A stretch of DNA of 64,000 nt from Candidatus Omnitrophota bacterium (GCA_043803685.1 JAZDJU010000079.1:1-64000); one strand, 5' to 3'. Shown: positions 1 through 9,516, numbered from the stretch's first letter. The notes: generated from the sequence alone by a model not told the origin. A program made the numbers and translations.

Positions 1-169
1 GCGAGGGAAAGATCGACGCCATGCTCGAGCTTTTGAGGCCCTTCGATCTTAAAGAAGTTGTCCGGACGGGCAGATCGCCATGGCCCGCCGGGGGGAGCTC
101 AAGGCCCCGAAGAAATGCGGCGGAAAGACCGTTGCTTGCAAGACGGCGAAAAAAACAAAAAAGAAATAA
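1..169 (+). CDS. ilvN: Acetolactate synthase small (regulatory) subunit, 3' end, with apparent 1-nt frameshift near 69-73
   Basis: Reads EGKIDAMLELLRPFDLKEVVRTG, then IAMARRG continues in another frame to TAA at 167-169; immediately upstream of ilvC. Confidence 0.8.
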
Positions 170-205
170 TCTCAACCAAGTAGCACTGAACGAAAGGAAA
201 ATAAA

Positions 206-1207
206 ATGGCAGTTAAAATTTATTACGATAAAGACGCGGACCTCAATCTTCTCAAGGGCAAGAAAGTCGCCATCATTGGTTACGGGATCCAGGGACGCGG
301 ACAGGGATTGAATCTCCGCGATTCCGGCGTGGACGTGATCGTTTCTGAAGTCCCCGGCACTCCCAATTACGAGCAGGCGGTGAAGGACGGTTTCAAGCCC
401 ATGACGGCGAGTGAGGCGGCCCAGCAGGCCGATATTATCCAGATCCTGACGCAGGATCATCTTCAGGCCGAGATCTATGAAAAGTATATTGCCCCGTACA
501 TGAAGGCCGGCAAGTCGCTGTGCTTTTCTCACGGGTTTAATATTCATTTCGGTTACATTGTGCCGGCCAAGGAGATCGACGTGTTCATGGTCGCTCCCAA
601 GGGACCGGGTTCGCTCGTGCGTTCCCAGTTCGTCGAAGGCGGCGGCGTGCCGTGTCTCGTGGCGGTGAAACAGAACCCTAGCGGCAAGGCCCTCCAGATC
701 GGCCTCGCCTACGCGAAGGCGATCGGCGGCGCCCGTGCGGGTGTGATCGAAACGACTTTCAAGGAAGAGACCGCGACCGATCTTTTCGGCGAACAGGCCG
801 TGCTTTGCGGCGGTTTGAGCGCTCTGATCACGGCGGGTTATGACACCCTGGTCGAAGCCGGGTATCAGCCGGAGATGGCGTATTTTGAATGTCTCCACGA
901 AGTGAAGCTCATCGTGGACGCGATGTTTGTGCACGGGATCAGCGGCATGTACCGTCGCGTGTCCGACATGGCGGAGTACGGCGGCTACAGCCGCGGGCCG
1001 CGCGTGATCACGAAGGATACGCGCAAGGAAATGAAGAAGATGCTCGAGGAGATCGTCTCCGGCAAGTTCGCGAAGGAATGGATGGAAGAGAACAAGAAGG
1101 GCCGTCCCAATTTCAAGCAGCAGCGTGAAGCTTGTGAAAAGCACGGGATCGAGAAGGTCGGGACGCAGCTCCGTGGGATGATGGAATTTATCCACAAAGC
1201 GAAATAA
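206..1207 (+). CDS. ilvC: Ketol-acid reductoisomerase (class I)
   Basis: YYDKDADL, IIGYGxQG, LNLRDSG, FSHGFNIHF, APKGPG, TTFKEET-TDLFGEQAVLCGG motifs. Confidence 0.97.
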   Translation: MAVKIYYDKDADLNLLKGKKVAIIGYGIQGRGQGLNLRDSGVDVIVSEVPGTPNYEQAVKDGFKPMTASEAAQQADIIQILTQDHLQAEIYEKYIAPYMKAGKSLCFSHGFNIHFGYIVPAKEIDVFMVAPKGPGSLVRSQFVEGGGVPCLVAVKQNPSGKALQIGLAYAKAIGGARAGVIETTFKEETATDLFGEQAVLCGGLSALITAGYDTLVEAGYQPEMAYFECLHEVKLIVDAMFVHGISGMYRRVSDMAEYGGYSRGPRVITKDTRKEMKKMLEEIVSGKFAKEWMEENKKGRPNFKQQREACEKHGIEKVGTQLRGMMEFIHKAK

Positions 1208-1230
1208 GAAAGGAACCAAGCGGTAAGGTC

Positions 1231-2778
1231 ATGGCAGAGAAACGGAAGATCCACATATTCGACACGACGCTCAGGGACGGTGAACAATCGCCCGGAGCGT
1301 CGCTTACGCCCGACGAGAAATTGACGATCGCGCGTCAGCTCGAACGATTGAATGTGGATGTCATTGAAGCCGGATTTCCCGCCTCGTCGCTCGGGGAAAT
1401 GAAAGCGGTTTCCGCGATCGCGGCGGCGGTGCGTAAGCCCGTGATCTGCGGTCTTTCGCGGATGATCCCGAGGGATATTGATGCCTGCCGGAAGGCCCTG
1501 GAAAAGGCCGCGAGAAAACGGCTCCATCTTTTTCTCGCGACCTCCCAGATCCATCGCGAGTTCAAGTTGAAGAAGAACAAGAAAGAGATTCTTGCGATGG
1601 TGGAGCAGCACATCAAGTCCGCCGCCAAGGATTTCAAGCAGGTGGAGTTCTCGCCCGAAGATGCGTCGCGCACCGAGCGGGACTTCCTGGCCGAGACCGT
1701 CCGGGCCGCGATCCATGCCGGGGCGACCTCGATCAATATTCCGGATACGGTAGGTTACACCGTGCCTCAGGAATTCACAGAGCTCATCCGGTTCCTCATC
1801 AAAAAGAACCCCGGCCTCGGCAAGAAGATCGTTCTTTCGGTCCATTGTCACAATGACCTTGGTCTCGCATCGGCGAATTCCCTTGCCGCTGTCTTGGCGG
1901 GGGCGAACCAGGTGGAATGTACGGTGAACGGGATCGGCGAACGCGCGGGGAACGCCTCGCTTGAAGAGCTCGCCATGACGATTGACACGCGCGCGGATTT
2001 TATGGGCTGCTACACGGATATCAAGCTCTCCGAGATCACCAAGGCTTCGCGGTTGGTGTCGAATCTCACCGGGGTGGTTGTCCAGCCCAACAAGGCGATC
2101 GTGGGGCGGAACGCTTTCTGGCACGCCTCAGGGATCCATCAGGACGGCGTACTCAAGAAACGCCAGACCTATGAGATCATGAATCCAAAAAAGATCGGGC
2201 TTTCCGGAAGCCAATTGATGCTCGGAAAACTCTCGGGCAAACACGCGTTCGAAGTCCATGTGAAGAAACTCGGCTTCCGTCTTGCGCCCGCGGAATTGGA
2301 CCAGGCCTTTGTTCAATTCAAGGCGCTCGCGGACAAGAAAAAATATATCTTCGACGAAGACCTCGAAGCCATTTTGCAAAGTGAGATCGCCAAGATCCCG
2401 GAGACGTGGAAGCTTGTGTCGATGCGGGTTGTGTCCGAGACCGGCGCGAAGCCTCACGCGGAGCTCAAGCTCTGCTTTGAGGGCAAGGTCAAGGAAGCTG
2501 TTTCCAACGGAGACGGCCCCGTGGACGCCTGTTACAAGGCCATCGAGAAGATCGTTGATTCCAAGGCGAAGCTCATGCATTACGGTTTGCAGTCGGTCAC
2601 CGGCGGCAAGGATGCCTTGGGCGAAGTGCTCGTGAAACTCGAGATCGGCGGCAAGGAAGTGACCGGTCGCGGGACGAGTACGGACATTATTGAGGCTAGC
2701 GTTCGAGCCTATCTTTTCGCGCTCAATAAGATCTTGGCGAACCCCCATCGGGCTGCGAGCCAGCCTTCGCCGGTGTGA
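1231..2778 (+). CDS. leuA: 2-isopropylmalate synthase
   Basis: IFDTTLRDGEQSPG, HCHNDLG, GIGERAGN, SGIHQDG; C-terminal regulatory domain (GDGPVDA). Confidence 0.95.
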   Translation: MAEKRKIHIFDTTLRDGEQSPGASLTPDEKLTIARQLERLNVDVIEAGFPASSLGEMKAVSAIAAAVRKPVICGLSRMIPRDIDACRKALEKAARKRLHLFLATSQIHREFKLKKNKKEILAMVEQHIKSAAKDFKQVEFSPEDASRTERDFLAETVRAAIHAGATSINIPDTVGYTVPQEFTELIRFLIKKNPGLGKKIVLSVHCHNDLGLASANSLAAVLAGANQVECTVNGIGERAGNASLEELAMTIDTRADFMGCYTDIKLSEITKASRLVSNLTGVVVQPNKAIVGRNAFWHASGIHQDGVLKKRQTYEIMNPKKIGLSGSQLMLGKLSGKHAFEVHVKKLGFRLAPAELDQAFVQFKALADKKKYIFDEDLEAILQSEIAKIPETWKLVSMRVVSETGAKPHAELKLCFEGKVKEAVSNGDGPVDACYKAIEKIVDSKAKLMHYGLQSVTGGKDALGEVLVKLEIGGKEVTGRGTSTDIIEASVRAYLFALNKILANPHRAASQPSPV

Positions 2779-3653
2779 AAAAGGACGGGGCCTTCAAGCT
2801 CTACGGAATCTTCGGATACCCCCTCTCGCATACTCTTTCTCCAGCCATGCACGAAGCCGCATTCCGCGAACTCGGGATCGATGCTAACTATATCGTTCTG
2901 GAGCTCGTCCCCGAAGCGTTCAAAAAACTGATGCGCCGGGCTTCCAGATTCTCCCTTTCAGGGTTCAACGTCACGGTCCCTTATAAAGAAACCGTCATGA
3001 AATATCTGGATAAGGTCCGGCCGGAGGCGCAGGCCATTGGTGCGGTCAACACGGTCTTTAAGCAGGGGAAGCGATGGATCGGCGCGAACACCGACATGGA
3101 AGGTTTTCTGAAGACCCTTGTGACGGACGGCGGTTTTCGCCCCTCTGGGAAAAAAGCGGTGGTGCTCGGCGCGGGCGGCGCGGCGCGGGCGGTGGTCTAT
3201 GGACTTTCACTGGAGGGCGCCCGGGAGATATTGATCGCGGATTGTTTTTCTGAAAAAGCCCGGAAGATTGCAGGCGACATGAAAAAGTTTTTCAAAGGGA
3301 CGGAATATCATGCTGTAGAAGCTGGGACCTCTGAGGTCAAGGCGGCTCTTCAAAAAGCCGATGTAATCATCAATGCGACCCCGCTTGGGTTGAAGGCCCA
3401 GGATCCCGAGGTAATCCCTGAAGCATGGATACCGAAGAGCGGGGACAAAAAGATATTTTTCATGGACCTTATTTATAATCCGGCCGTGACGCCTTTCCTC
3501 AAGATCGCTAAGAAGAAAGGCCACCGGACTTTGAACGGGCTCGGGATGCTGCTTTATCAAGGGGTTCGGGCTCTGGAACTTTGGACGGGACGGAAAGCGC
3601 CGGTGAGTGTGATGCGCCGGGCGCTTCTTCAGTCGCTTGAAGGGAAAGGGTAA
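2775..3653 (+). CDS. aroE: Shikimate dehydrogenase
   Basis: GYPLSHTLSPAMH, NVTVPYK, GAVNT, NTD, GAGGAARA, GLGMLLYQG. Confidence 0.95.
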   Translation: MKKDGAFKLYGIFGYPLSHTLSPAMHEAAFRELGIDANYIVLELVPEAFKKLMRRASRFSLSGFNVTVPYKETVMKYLDKVRPEAQAIGAVNTVFKQGKRWIGANTDMEGFLKTLVTDGGFRPSGKKAVVLGAGGAARAVVYGLSLEGAREILIADCFSEKARKIAGDMKKFFKGTEYHAVEAGTSEVKAALQKADVIINATPLGLKAQDPEVIPEAWIPKSGDKKIFFMDLIYNPAVTPFLKIAKKKGHRTLNGLGMLLYQGVRALELWTGRKAPVSVMRRALLQSLEGKG

Positions 3654-3656
3654 TAA

Positions 3657-4451
3657 ATGGATGCATCATTCGTCGCGTGCTTCGTTTTTGCTTTTGGCGC
3701 GATCATCGGAAGTTTTCTGAACGTCTGCATTCACCGGATGCCGCGCGATCTTTCGATCGTGCGCCCCGGGTCGCATTGCCCGCAATGCAAGGCGATGATC
3801 CCCTGGTATCAGAACATTCCGCTTGTGAGCTATCTTTTGCTTCGCGGGAAATGCGCCCGGTGCCGGCAGCCGATCGCCTTCCGGTATTTTCTCGTCGAGC
3901 TTATCACGGCGGTCGGAGCGTGGCTTTTATGGCGGCACTACGGCCTTTCTGTTGAATTCGCGGCGAGCGCGATCTTTTTTGCGATGCTTTTCGTAGCCAC
4001 CATGACCGATTTTGAAACCGGGCTCATTCCGGATGAGATCACGGTCACGGGGATGATCGCGGGGCTCGCGCTCAGCGTGACCGGTCACGGGCATTTTTCG
4101 CAGGAGCTCTGGTATCAAAGGCTTCTCGCTTCCTTGGTTGGACTTTTGGTCGGAGGCGGCATCCTGATCTTGACCGGTTGGCTCGGGAAACTTGTCTTTC
4201 GTAAGGACAGCATGGGAGGCGGGGACGTCAAACTTCTGGCGATGATGGGCGCATTCCTGGGGGCGGGGCCCGCGGTCCTTATTTTTTTTCTGGCGCCGTT
4301 TCCGGCTTTACCGTTCGCGATGTGGCAGCGTTTCGTGAAAAAAGAAGAGATCATGCCTTTTGGACCGTTCCTGGCGATCGCGGGGGCGATCCTCTATCTC
4401 AAAGGCGATGTCGTCGTGAACTTTTTACTCAAAACCTACGGAGTTCAATAA
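3657..4451 (+). CDS. pilD: Type IV prepilin peptidase / N-methyltransferase (A24)
   Basis: GSFLNVCIHRMP, two CxxC pairs, MGGGDVKL, MPFGPFL; multiple hydrophobic segments. Confidence 0.93.
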   Translation: MDASFVACFVFAFGAIIGSFLNVCIHRMPRDLSIVRPGSHCPQCKAMIPWYQNIPLVSYLLLRGKCARCRQPIAFRYFLVELITAVGAWLLWRHYGLSVEFAASAIFFAMLFVATMTDFETGLIPDEITVTGMIAGLALSVTGHGHFSQELWYQRLLASLVGLLVGGGILILTGWLGKLVFRKDSMGGGDVKLLAMMGAFLGAGPAVLIFFLAPFPALPFAMWQRFVKKEEIMPFGPFLAIAGAILYLKGDVVVNFLLKTYGVQ

Positions 4452-4452
4452 C

Positions 4453-5571
4453 ATGCTCAAATATATTACCGCAGGAGAGTCGCACGGTCATTATATGGCC
4501 GCGATCATGGAAGGTTTTCCAAGCGGCCTTTCGCTCGATCTCGATTTTATCAATAGCGAGATGCGCCGTCGCCAGGGAGGTTACGGTCGCGGGGGCCGGC
4601 AGAAGATCGAGACGGATAGCGTTGAGATCCTTGGGGGCGTGATCAAGAAGGTCACGACGGGCGCGCCGCTGGGTTTCCTTCTCACGAACAAGGATTTCAA
4701 GATCGAAGAAATGCCGGAGCTTTTCCGGCCCCGGCCCGGGCACGCGGATCTTGCGGGAGCTCTCAAGTATGACCAGGGGATCCGCGCGGTCCTGGAACGC
4801 TCGAGCGCGCGGGAAACTTCCATGCGCGTTGCCGTGGGAGCCGCCTGCAAACTTCTCCTCAAGACCTTCGGGATCGAGATCGCCGCCCACGTGGTCCAGA
4901 TCGGGAGCGCCTCGCTTCCGGAACAGGATGTCACGGTCGAGGTGATCCGTAAGCTTACCAAGGATTCCCCCGTGCGGTGCGTGTGCAAAAAGACGGCGGA
5001 GGCCATGATGCGGGTGATCGCGAAGGCCACCAAGAACGGGGATTCGCTCGGCGGAAAATATGAGGTTCGCGCGACGGGGCTACCGATCGGTTTGGGCTCT
5101 TACGTTCATTATGAAAGAAAACTCGACGCGCGGCTTGCCATGATCCTGATGAGCCAGCAGTCCGCGAAGGCGGTCGAGATCGGGGACGGCGTGCGGTTGG
5201 CAGGTCTTCCGGGCTCCGGATCGCATGACGAGATCTTTTACGGAAAGGCGCGCGGCTATTTTCACAAAACGAACCATGCCGGTGGCCTGGAAGGCGGGAT
5301 GACGAACGGCGCGGACCTGGTGGTCCGTCTCACGATGAAACCGATCGCGACGCTCGCGCGGCCGCTCGCGTCGGTGAATATGAAGACGAAAAGAACGGAA
5401 AAGGCGGATTTTGAGCGCAGCGATGTTTGCGCGGTTCCGGCCGGAAGCGTGATCGGGGAATCGCTTGTGGCCTACACGCTAGCGGACGCGTTCCTTGAGA
5501 AATTTGGCGGCGATTCGATCAAAGAGATCCGCCGCAACTACGAAGGTTATTTAAAACATATCCGTGGCTGA
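4453..5571 (+). CDS. aroC: Chorismate synthase
   Basis: TAGESHG, RRQGGYGRGGR, PRPGHAD, ERSSARET, GGLEGGMTNG, MKPIATL, RSDVCAVP. Confidence 0.97.
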   Translation: MLKYITAGESHGHYMAAIMEGFPSGLSLDLDFINSEMRRRQGGYGRGGRQKIETDSVEILGGVIKKVTTGAPLGFLLTNKDFKIEEMPELFRPRPGHADLAGALKYDQGIRAVLERSSARETSMRVAVGAACKLLLKTFGIEIAAHVVQIGSASLPEQDVTVEVIRKLTKDSPVRCVCKKTAEAMMRVIAKATKNGDSLGGKYEVRATGLPIGLGSYVHYERKLDARLAMILMSQQSAKAVEIGDGVRLAGLPGSGSHDEIFYGKARGYFHKTNHAGGLEGGMTNGADLVVRLTMKPIATLARPLASVNMKTKRTEKADFERSDVCAVPAGSVIGESLVAYTLADAFLEKFGGDSIKEIRRNYEGYLKHIRG

Positions 5572-6079
5572 CAATATTTACCTGATCGGCATGATGGGTT
5601 CCGGCAAGACCGTGACTGGGAGGGCCCTGGCGGAATTTGCGGGCTATTCTTTTGTGGATCTGGACGCTGAGATCCAGGCCGCGGAAGGGTGCTCGATCCC
5701 GGAGATCTTTGAAAGGTCCGGAGAACCCCATTTTCGAGCTGTGGAGTCGTCGACTCTCGAACGATTTTCAAAGAAGACCCAGCAGGTGGTTGCGACGGGC
5801 GGCGGTATCGTGCTCCGGCCCGAGAATGTGCAACAGATGAAAAAGACCGGGAAGATCGTGCTACTTAAAGCGTCTGCTGAGTGTTTATGGCAACGGGTGC
5901 GGTATTCGAAAGACCGGCCGCTTCTCAATAAGCCGGATCCTTTCGGAACGCTCCGGCAGATCCTGAATGACCGGGAGTTTTTTTATGAAAAAGCTAGCGA
6001 CCTTTCGGTGCTGACGGATGGTAAAAGCGCTGAAACGGTTGCGAAAGAAATCCGGGATATGTTAAGGTCGAAAGCATGA
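5564..6079 (+). CDS. aroK: Shikimate kinase
   Basis: LIGMMGSGKT Walker A, DLD, ATGGG, RPLL. Confidence 0.95.
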   Translation: MADNIYLIGMMGSGKTVTGRALAEFAGYSFVDLDAEIQAAEGCSIPEIFERSGEPHFRAVESSTLERFSKKTQQVVATGGGIVLRPENVQQMKKTGKIVLLKASAECLWQRVRYSKDRPLLNKPDPFGTLRQILNDREFFYEKASDLSVLTDGKSAETVAKEIRDMLRSKA

Positions 6080-7173
6080 AGACGATCAAGGTTCAAAGTT
6101 CCAAAGGGAATTACGAGATCCGTATAGGGCGGGGGCTTTTGGCCCAGGCCGGGGCCCATCTTGCCCGGGTTTTCAAGCCAGGAACAAAGCTCATGATCGT
6201 CTCCCAGAAGAATCTCACGCCTTATGTGAAGATCGTGGCCGCGTCACTTTCCCGGAAAGGTTTCAAGGTCCATGTTCACATGCTCCCCGATGGAGAGGTC
6301 GCGAAATCGGGAACGGAGCTCTTCCGGCTTTCGTACGCGCTTTTGGCCCAGGGATTCGAACGCCGGGATGGGATCGTCGCGGTAGGCGGCGGCGTGGTTG
6401 GCGACCTTTCGGGATTCGCGGCGTCGGTCTATTTGCGCGGGATCCGCTACGTGAACATCGCGACAACGCTTCTGGCGCAGGTGGACAGCGCGATCGGAGG
6501 AAAGACCGCGATCGATCTTAAGGCGGGAAAAAACCTCATGGGATCTTTTTGGCCGCCGGCGCTTGTGATCTCGGACGTGAGCGTGCTCCGTTCGCTTCCG
6601 CAACGGGAGCTTTGCGCTTCGCTTGGAGAGGTCGTGAAGTACGGCGTGATCCGCGATCCCGCTCTTTTCAGTTTTCTGGAAAAGAATTACAGGAAAATCT
6701 TGCGTAAGGATCTTGGGGCGATCGAGAAGATCGTGCTTGCGTGCGCCAGGATCAAGGCGGGTGTCGTGACCCGCGACGAGTTCGAAACGAAAGGGGAGCG
6801 CGCGATCCTCAACTACGGCCACACGTTCGCGCACGGGATCGAAGGAGCGCTCACTTATCAGGGGTTGGTGCACGGCGAAGCAGTCGCGATCGGGATGATG
6901 ATGGCGGCACAGCTTGCCGCGGACCTCGGGCTTTGTCCGGAAGATCTTCCGTGGCGTCAGATGAGGCTTCTCGTATCCATGAAGCTTCCTGTCTCGATCA
7001 AGAAATTTAATTTGAAGGCTTCCGCGATCCTGAAGGTCATGATGACGGACAAAAAGAAGAGCCACGGAACGTTGCGTTTTATCCTCCCTCGGAAGATCGG
7101 CAAAGTCACCGTTGAGAAAAATATCCCCGTCGAAAGTCTCACCAAGATCCTCCGCCTCGCCGGCGCCAAATAG
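6076..7173 (+). CDS. aroB: 3-dehydroquinate synthase
   Basis: GGGVVGDLSGFAA, TTLLAQVDSAIGGKT, LNYGHTFAH, HGEAV, DKK. Confidence 0.96.
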   Translation: MKTIKVQSSKGNYEIRIGRGLLAQAGAHLARVFKPGTKLMIVSQKNLTPYVKIVAASLSRKGFKVHVHMLPDGEVAKSGTELFRLSYALLAQGFERRDGIVAVGGGVVGDLSGFAASVYLRGIRYVNIATTLLAQVDSAIGGKTAIDLKAGKNLMGSFWPPALVISDVSVLRSLPQRELCASLGEVVKYGVIRDPALFSFLEKNYRKILRKDLGAIEKIVLACARIKAGVVTRDEFETKGERAILNYGHTFAHGIEGALTYQGLVHGEAVAIGMMMAAQLAADLGLCPEDLPWRQMRLLVSMKLPVSIKKFNLKASAILKVMMTDKKKSHGTLRFILPRKIGKVTVEKNIPVESLTKILRLAGAK

Positions 7174-7246
7174 CCTGCGAGGGAATTCCCTTATTTTAAA
7201 CAACAGGACTGTGGCGCTTGAGAGTTGCCGAAAATATAAATAACAA

Positions 7247-7275
7247 TTGATATTAAATCAATTCTAAGTTATGCT
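7247..7275 (+). promoter_or_regulatory. Putative sigma70 promoter TTGATA-17-TATGCT, overlapped by the palindrome AATTGAT-N5-ATCAATT (7245-7263)
   Basis: Hexamers with 17-bp spacer; the ATG at 7282 follows the -10 after 6 nt. Confidence 0.5.
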
Positions 7276-7281
7276 TCTTCC

Positions 7282-7794
7282 ATGAAAAAGCAAAGCTGTC
7301 TCATCCCCCACGAGAAGATATTCAGGACCATCTTGTTTCTTCGCGGGCAAAAGATCATGCTGGATGCCGACCTGGCAGAACTCTATGGGGTTTCGACCAA
7401 GAGGCTGAATGAACAGGTGCGAAGAAATGCGAGCCGTTTCCCCATAGATTTCATGTCCCGGCTGACCGTGGAAGAGAAAAAGGAGGTGGTCGCAAATTGC
7501 GACCACCTCAAACAGCTTAAATTCTCGCCTTCGCTTCCGAATGCATTTACGGAGTATGGCGCGATCATGCTCGCAACCGTGCTGAATACCCGGTTGGCGG
7601 TCCGGATGAGTCTTCAGGTTGTCCGGGCTTTTGTGAGGTTGCGGGAGATCCTCGCGACACATAAGAGCCTGGCCCGGAAGATCGAAGAAATGGAAATGCA
7701 ATATGATGCGAACTTTCGGGTTCTTTTTAACGCAGTTCGCAGACTCTCCCATCCTCCGGTACGCAAGAAGCAGATGATAGGATTTCATTTATGA
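7282..7794 (+). CDS. ORF6N-domain (KilA-N-like) putative DNA-binding protein
   Basis: RGQKIMLDADLAELYGVSTKRLNEQVRRNxxRFPxDFM, FTEYGAIMLATVLN, C-terminal IGF. Confidence 0.9.
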   Translation: MKKQSCLIPHEKIFRTILFLRGQKIMLDADLAELYGVSTKRLNEQVRRNASRFPIDFMSRLTVEEKKEVVANCDHLKQLKFSPSLPNAFTEYGAIMLATVLNTRLAVRMSLQVVRAFVRLREILATHKSLARKIEEMEMQYDANFRVLFNAVRRLSHPPVRKKQMIGFHL

Positions 7795-8975
7795 CGTCAT
7801 GCGAGAAGAAAGAGGTTTCGGCGTTTTTGAGGCTAGGGCGTCTTGGGATCGAGGGGCGACGCAGGGTCCTGGCATTTCTCTCCGAAGGAAGAACAGCTTC
7901 GGAGATCGTAGAGCGGATGGATTCTCAGGATCTTCTGGGAGATCTTCCGGTCTCGTCGAATCTACCGCCTTTTGATCCGGAGCGTGAGATCGAACTTTGT
8001 TCTCAAAAGGGGATCGATCTTCTGCTTTATTCCGACCCGGATTATCCGGCTATTCTTAAAGAGATCGCAGACCCGCCGCTTCTCCTTTATAAAAATGGAA
8101 CCCTCATCGAGGAAGACAGGAATGCCATTGCCATTGTGGGGACGCGGCATCCGAGTTTTTACGGACGGACGCAGGCCAAAAAATTTTCCCAGGCATTGGC
8201 CGCACGGGGGCTCACGATCGTGTCCGGGTTGGCGCGAGGGATCGACCAGGTGGCGCATGACGGCGCGCTTTGTGTCCCTTACGGTCGCACGCTCGCGGTG
8301 ATGGGATGCGGGCTCGATGTCGTTTATCCCAAAGAACACGAGAGTCTTTTTAAAAGGATCTCCGAACGGGGCGCGGTTCTTAGCGAATATTCCCTGGGGA
8401 CGCCGCCGCTTCCGGAGAATTTCCCGCGCCGGAACAGGATCCTCTCAGGACTTTCGTATGCCACGTTCGTGGTCGAGGCCCACTCGCGAAGCGGGTCTCT
8501 CATTACCGCGCATCAAGCGGTGGAGCAAGGTCGCGAGGTTTTTGCTCTTCCGGGATCCGTAGATCAACTGACCTCTCATGGTACGCATCAGCTTATTAAA
8601 GAAGGCGCTTTTTTAGTGGAGACTCCCGAGGACATCGTTCTAGCTCTGGCGGACCGCTTGAAATGGGAGAATCATTTTCAGAGGGTGGGCGTTGGACAAA
8701 CGATCTCTTCGGAGCCTCAGGTCGATAGTTCGTCGTTTCCCGCCAAGGTCGAGGGGCAAGCGCCTCTGTGTGACAAAAAGGGGTCTGACCCCTTTATCTT
8801 GGGAGGGGGAAAAAGTGAAATCGAAGAACTCCTGAAAGAAGAGGGGCCGCTTGCTCAGGATGAGATCCTAGAATTTACCGGGCTGGAGCCCTCGGTATTG
8901 CCGGCACGTCTTCTTAATCTCGAGTTGAGCGGGAAGATCAAAAGAAACTCGGACGGAAAATATTCGCTTAAATAG
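7791..8975 (+). CDS. dprA: DNA-processing protein DprA
   Basis: YPxxLKEIADPP, AIVGTR, IVSGLARGID, NFPRRNRILSGL, SGSLITA; C-terminal winged helix. Confidence 0.95.
   Translation: MTSCEKKEVSAFLRLGRLGIEGRRRVLAFLSEGRTASEIVERMDSQDLLGDLPVSSNLPPFDPEREIELCSQKGIDLLLYSDPDYPAILKEIADPPLLLYKNGTLIEEDRNAIAIVGTRHPSFYGRTQAKKFSQALAARGLTIVSGLARGIDQVAHDGALCVPYGRTLAVMGCGLDVVYPKEHESLFKRISERGAVLSEYSLGTPPLPENFPRRNRILSGLSYATFVVEAHSRSGSLITAHQAVEQGREVFALPGSVDQLTSHGTHQLIKEGAFLVETPEDIVLALADRLKWENHFQRVGVGQTISSEPQVDSSSFPAKVEGQAPLCDKKGSDPFILGGGKSEIEELLKEEGPLAQDEILEFTGLEPSVLPARLLNLELSGKIKRNSDGKYSLK
8777..8795. repeat. REP-like palindrome AAAGGGGTCTGACCCCTTT inside the dprA linker
   Basis: Perfect 9-bp arms around 1 nt; the core GGGGTC(T/A)GACCCC recurs at 25696-25708. 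Confidence 0.7.
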
Positions 8976-9004
8976 CGCAAAGCACAAAGCTCAAGGCGCA
9001 AAGT
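8975..9004 (+). repeat. Left arm: tandem 7-mers GCGCAAA GCACAAA GCTCAAG GCGCAAA GT
   Basis: Inverted partner at 9390-9419, 27/30 identical. Confidence 0.9.
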
Positions 9005-9389
9005 GGAAAAAAGCATGCAAGAACTCAAGAAGCCAATGAAAAGCTTCAGAGACCTTATGATTTGGCAAAGAAGCGTTCTACTTGCGGAACTGATTTATCA
9101 GAAAACGGAATGTTTTCCCAAGGCCGAACGTTACGGTCTTGTTTCTCAAATGCGAAGAGCGGCCGTTTCAATTCCGTCGAATATTGCTGAAGGTTATCGG
9201 CGTAGACACGCCAAAGAATTTCAGCAATTTCTCAATATAGCCCTTGGTTCTATCGGGGAATTGGAAACGCAGGTTGTTTTGGCGACCAGGTTTCACTACT
9301 TGTCGTTAGAGGATCAAGGCGGACTTTCGGGAGAACTGGATAGCCTTGTAAGGACGGTTGTCAGTTTAAGCAAGAAGATACAGCGTTAA
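9003..9389 (+). CDS. Four-helix-bundle protein (23S rRNA IVS-protein / bAvd-like family); start may be a downstream ATG
   Basis: SFRDLMIWQRS, FPKAERYGLVSQMRRAAVSIPSNIAEG, FLNIALGSIGELETQ. Confidence 0.93.
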   Translation: MEKSMQELKKPMKSFRDLMIWQRSVLLAELIYQKTECFPKAERYGLVSQMRRAAVSIPSNIAEGYRRRHAKEFQQFLNIALGSIGELETQVVLATRFHYLSLEDQGGLSGELDSLVRTVVSLSKKIQR

Positions 9390-9419
9390 ACTTTGCGCCT
9401 TGAGCTTTGCCCCTTGCGC
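9390..9419 (-). repeat. Right arm: inverted tandem 7-mers AC TTTGCGC CTTGAGC TTTGCCC CTTGCGC
   Basis: Reverse complement of 8975-9004; inner 20 bp perfect. Confidence 0.9.
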
Positions 9420-9487
9420 CCGTTTTCATGGGTTAAGCTTCCGCAGGGAGAGGCCGTTATTAGATTGGTCGACATGGGAAAAAGGTT

Positions 9488-9516
9488 TTGACAGACAGGT
9501 GTTTCCTCTATAGAGT
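9488..9516 (+). promoter_or_regulatory. Putative sigma70 promoter TTGACA-17-TAGAGT
   Basis: Consensus -35 with 17-bp spacer upstream of the RDD gene. Confidence 0.6.
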
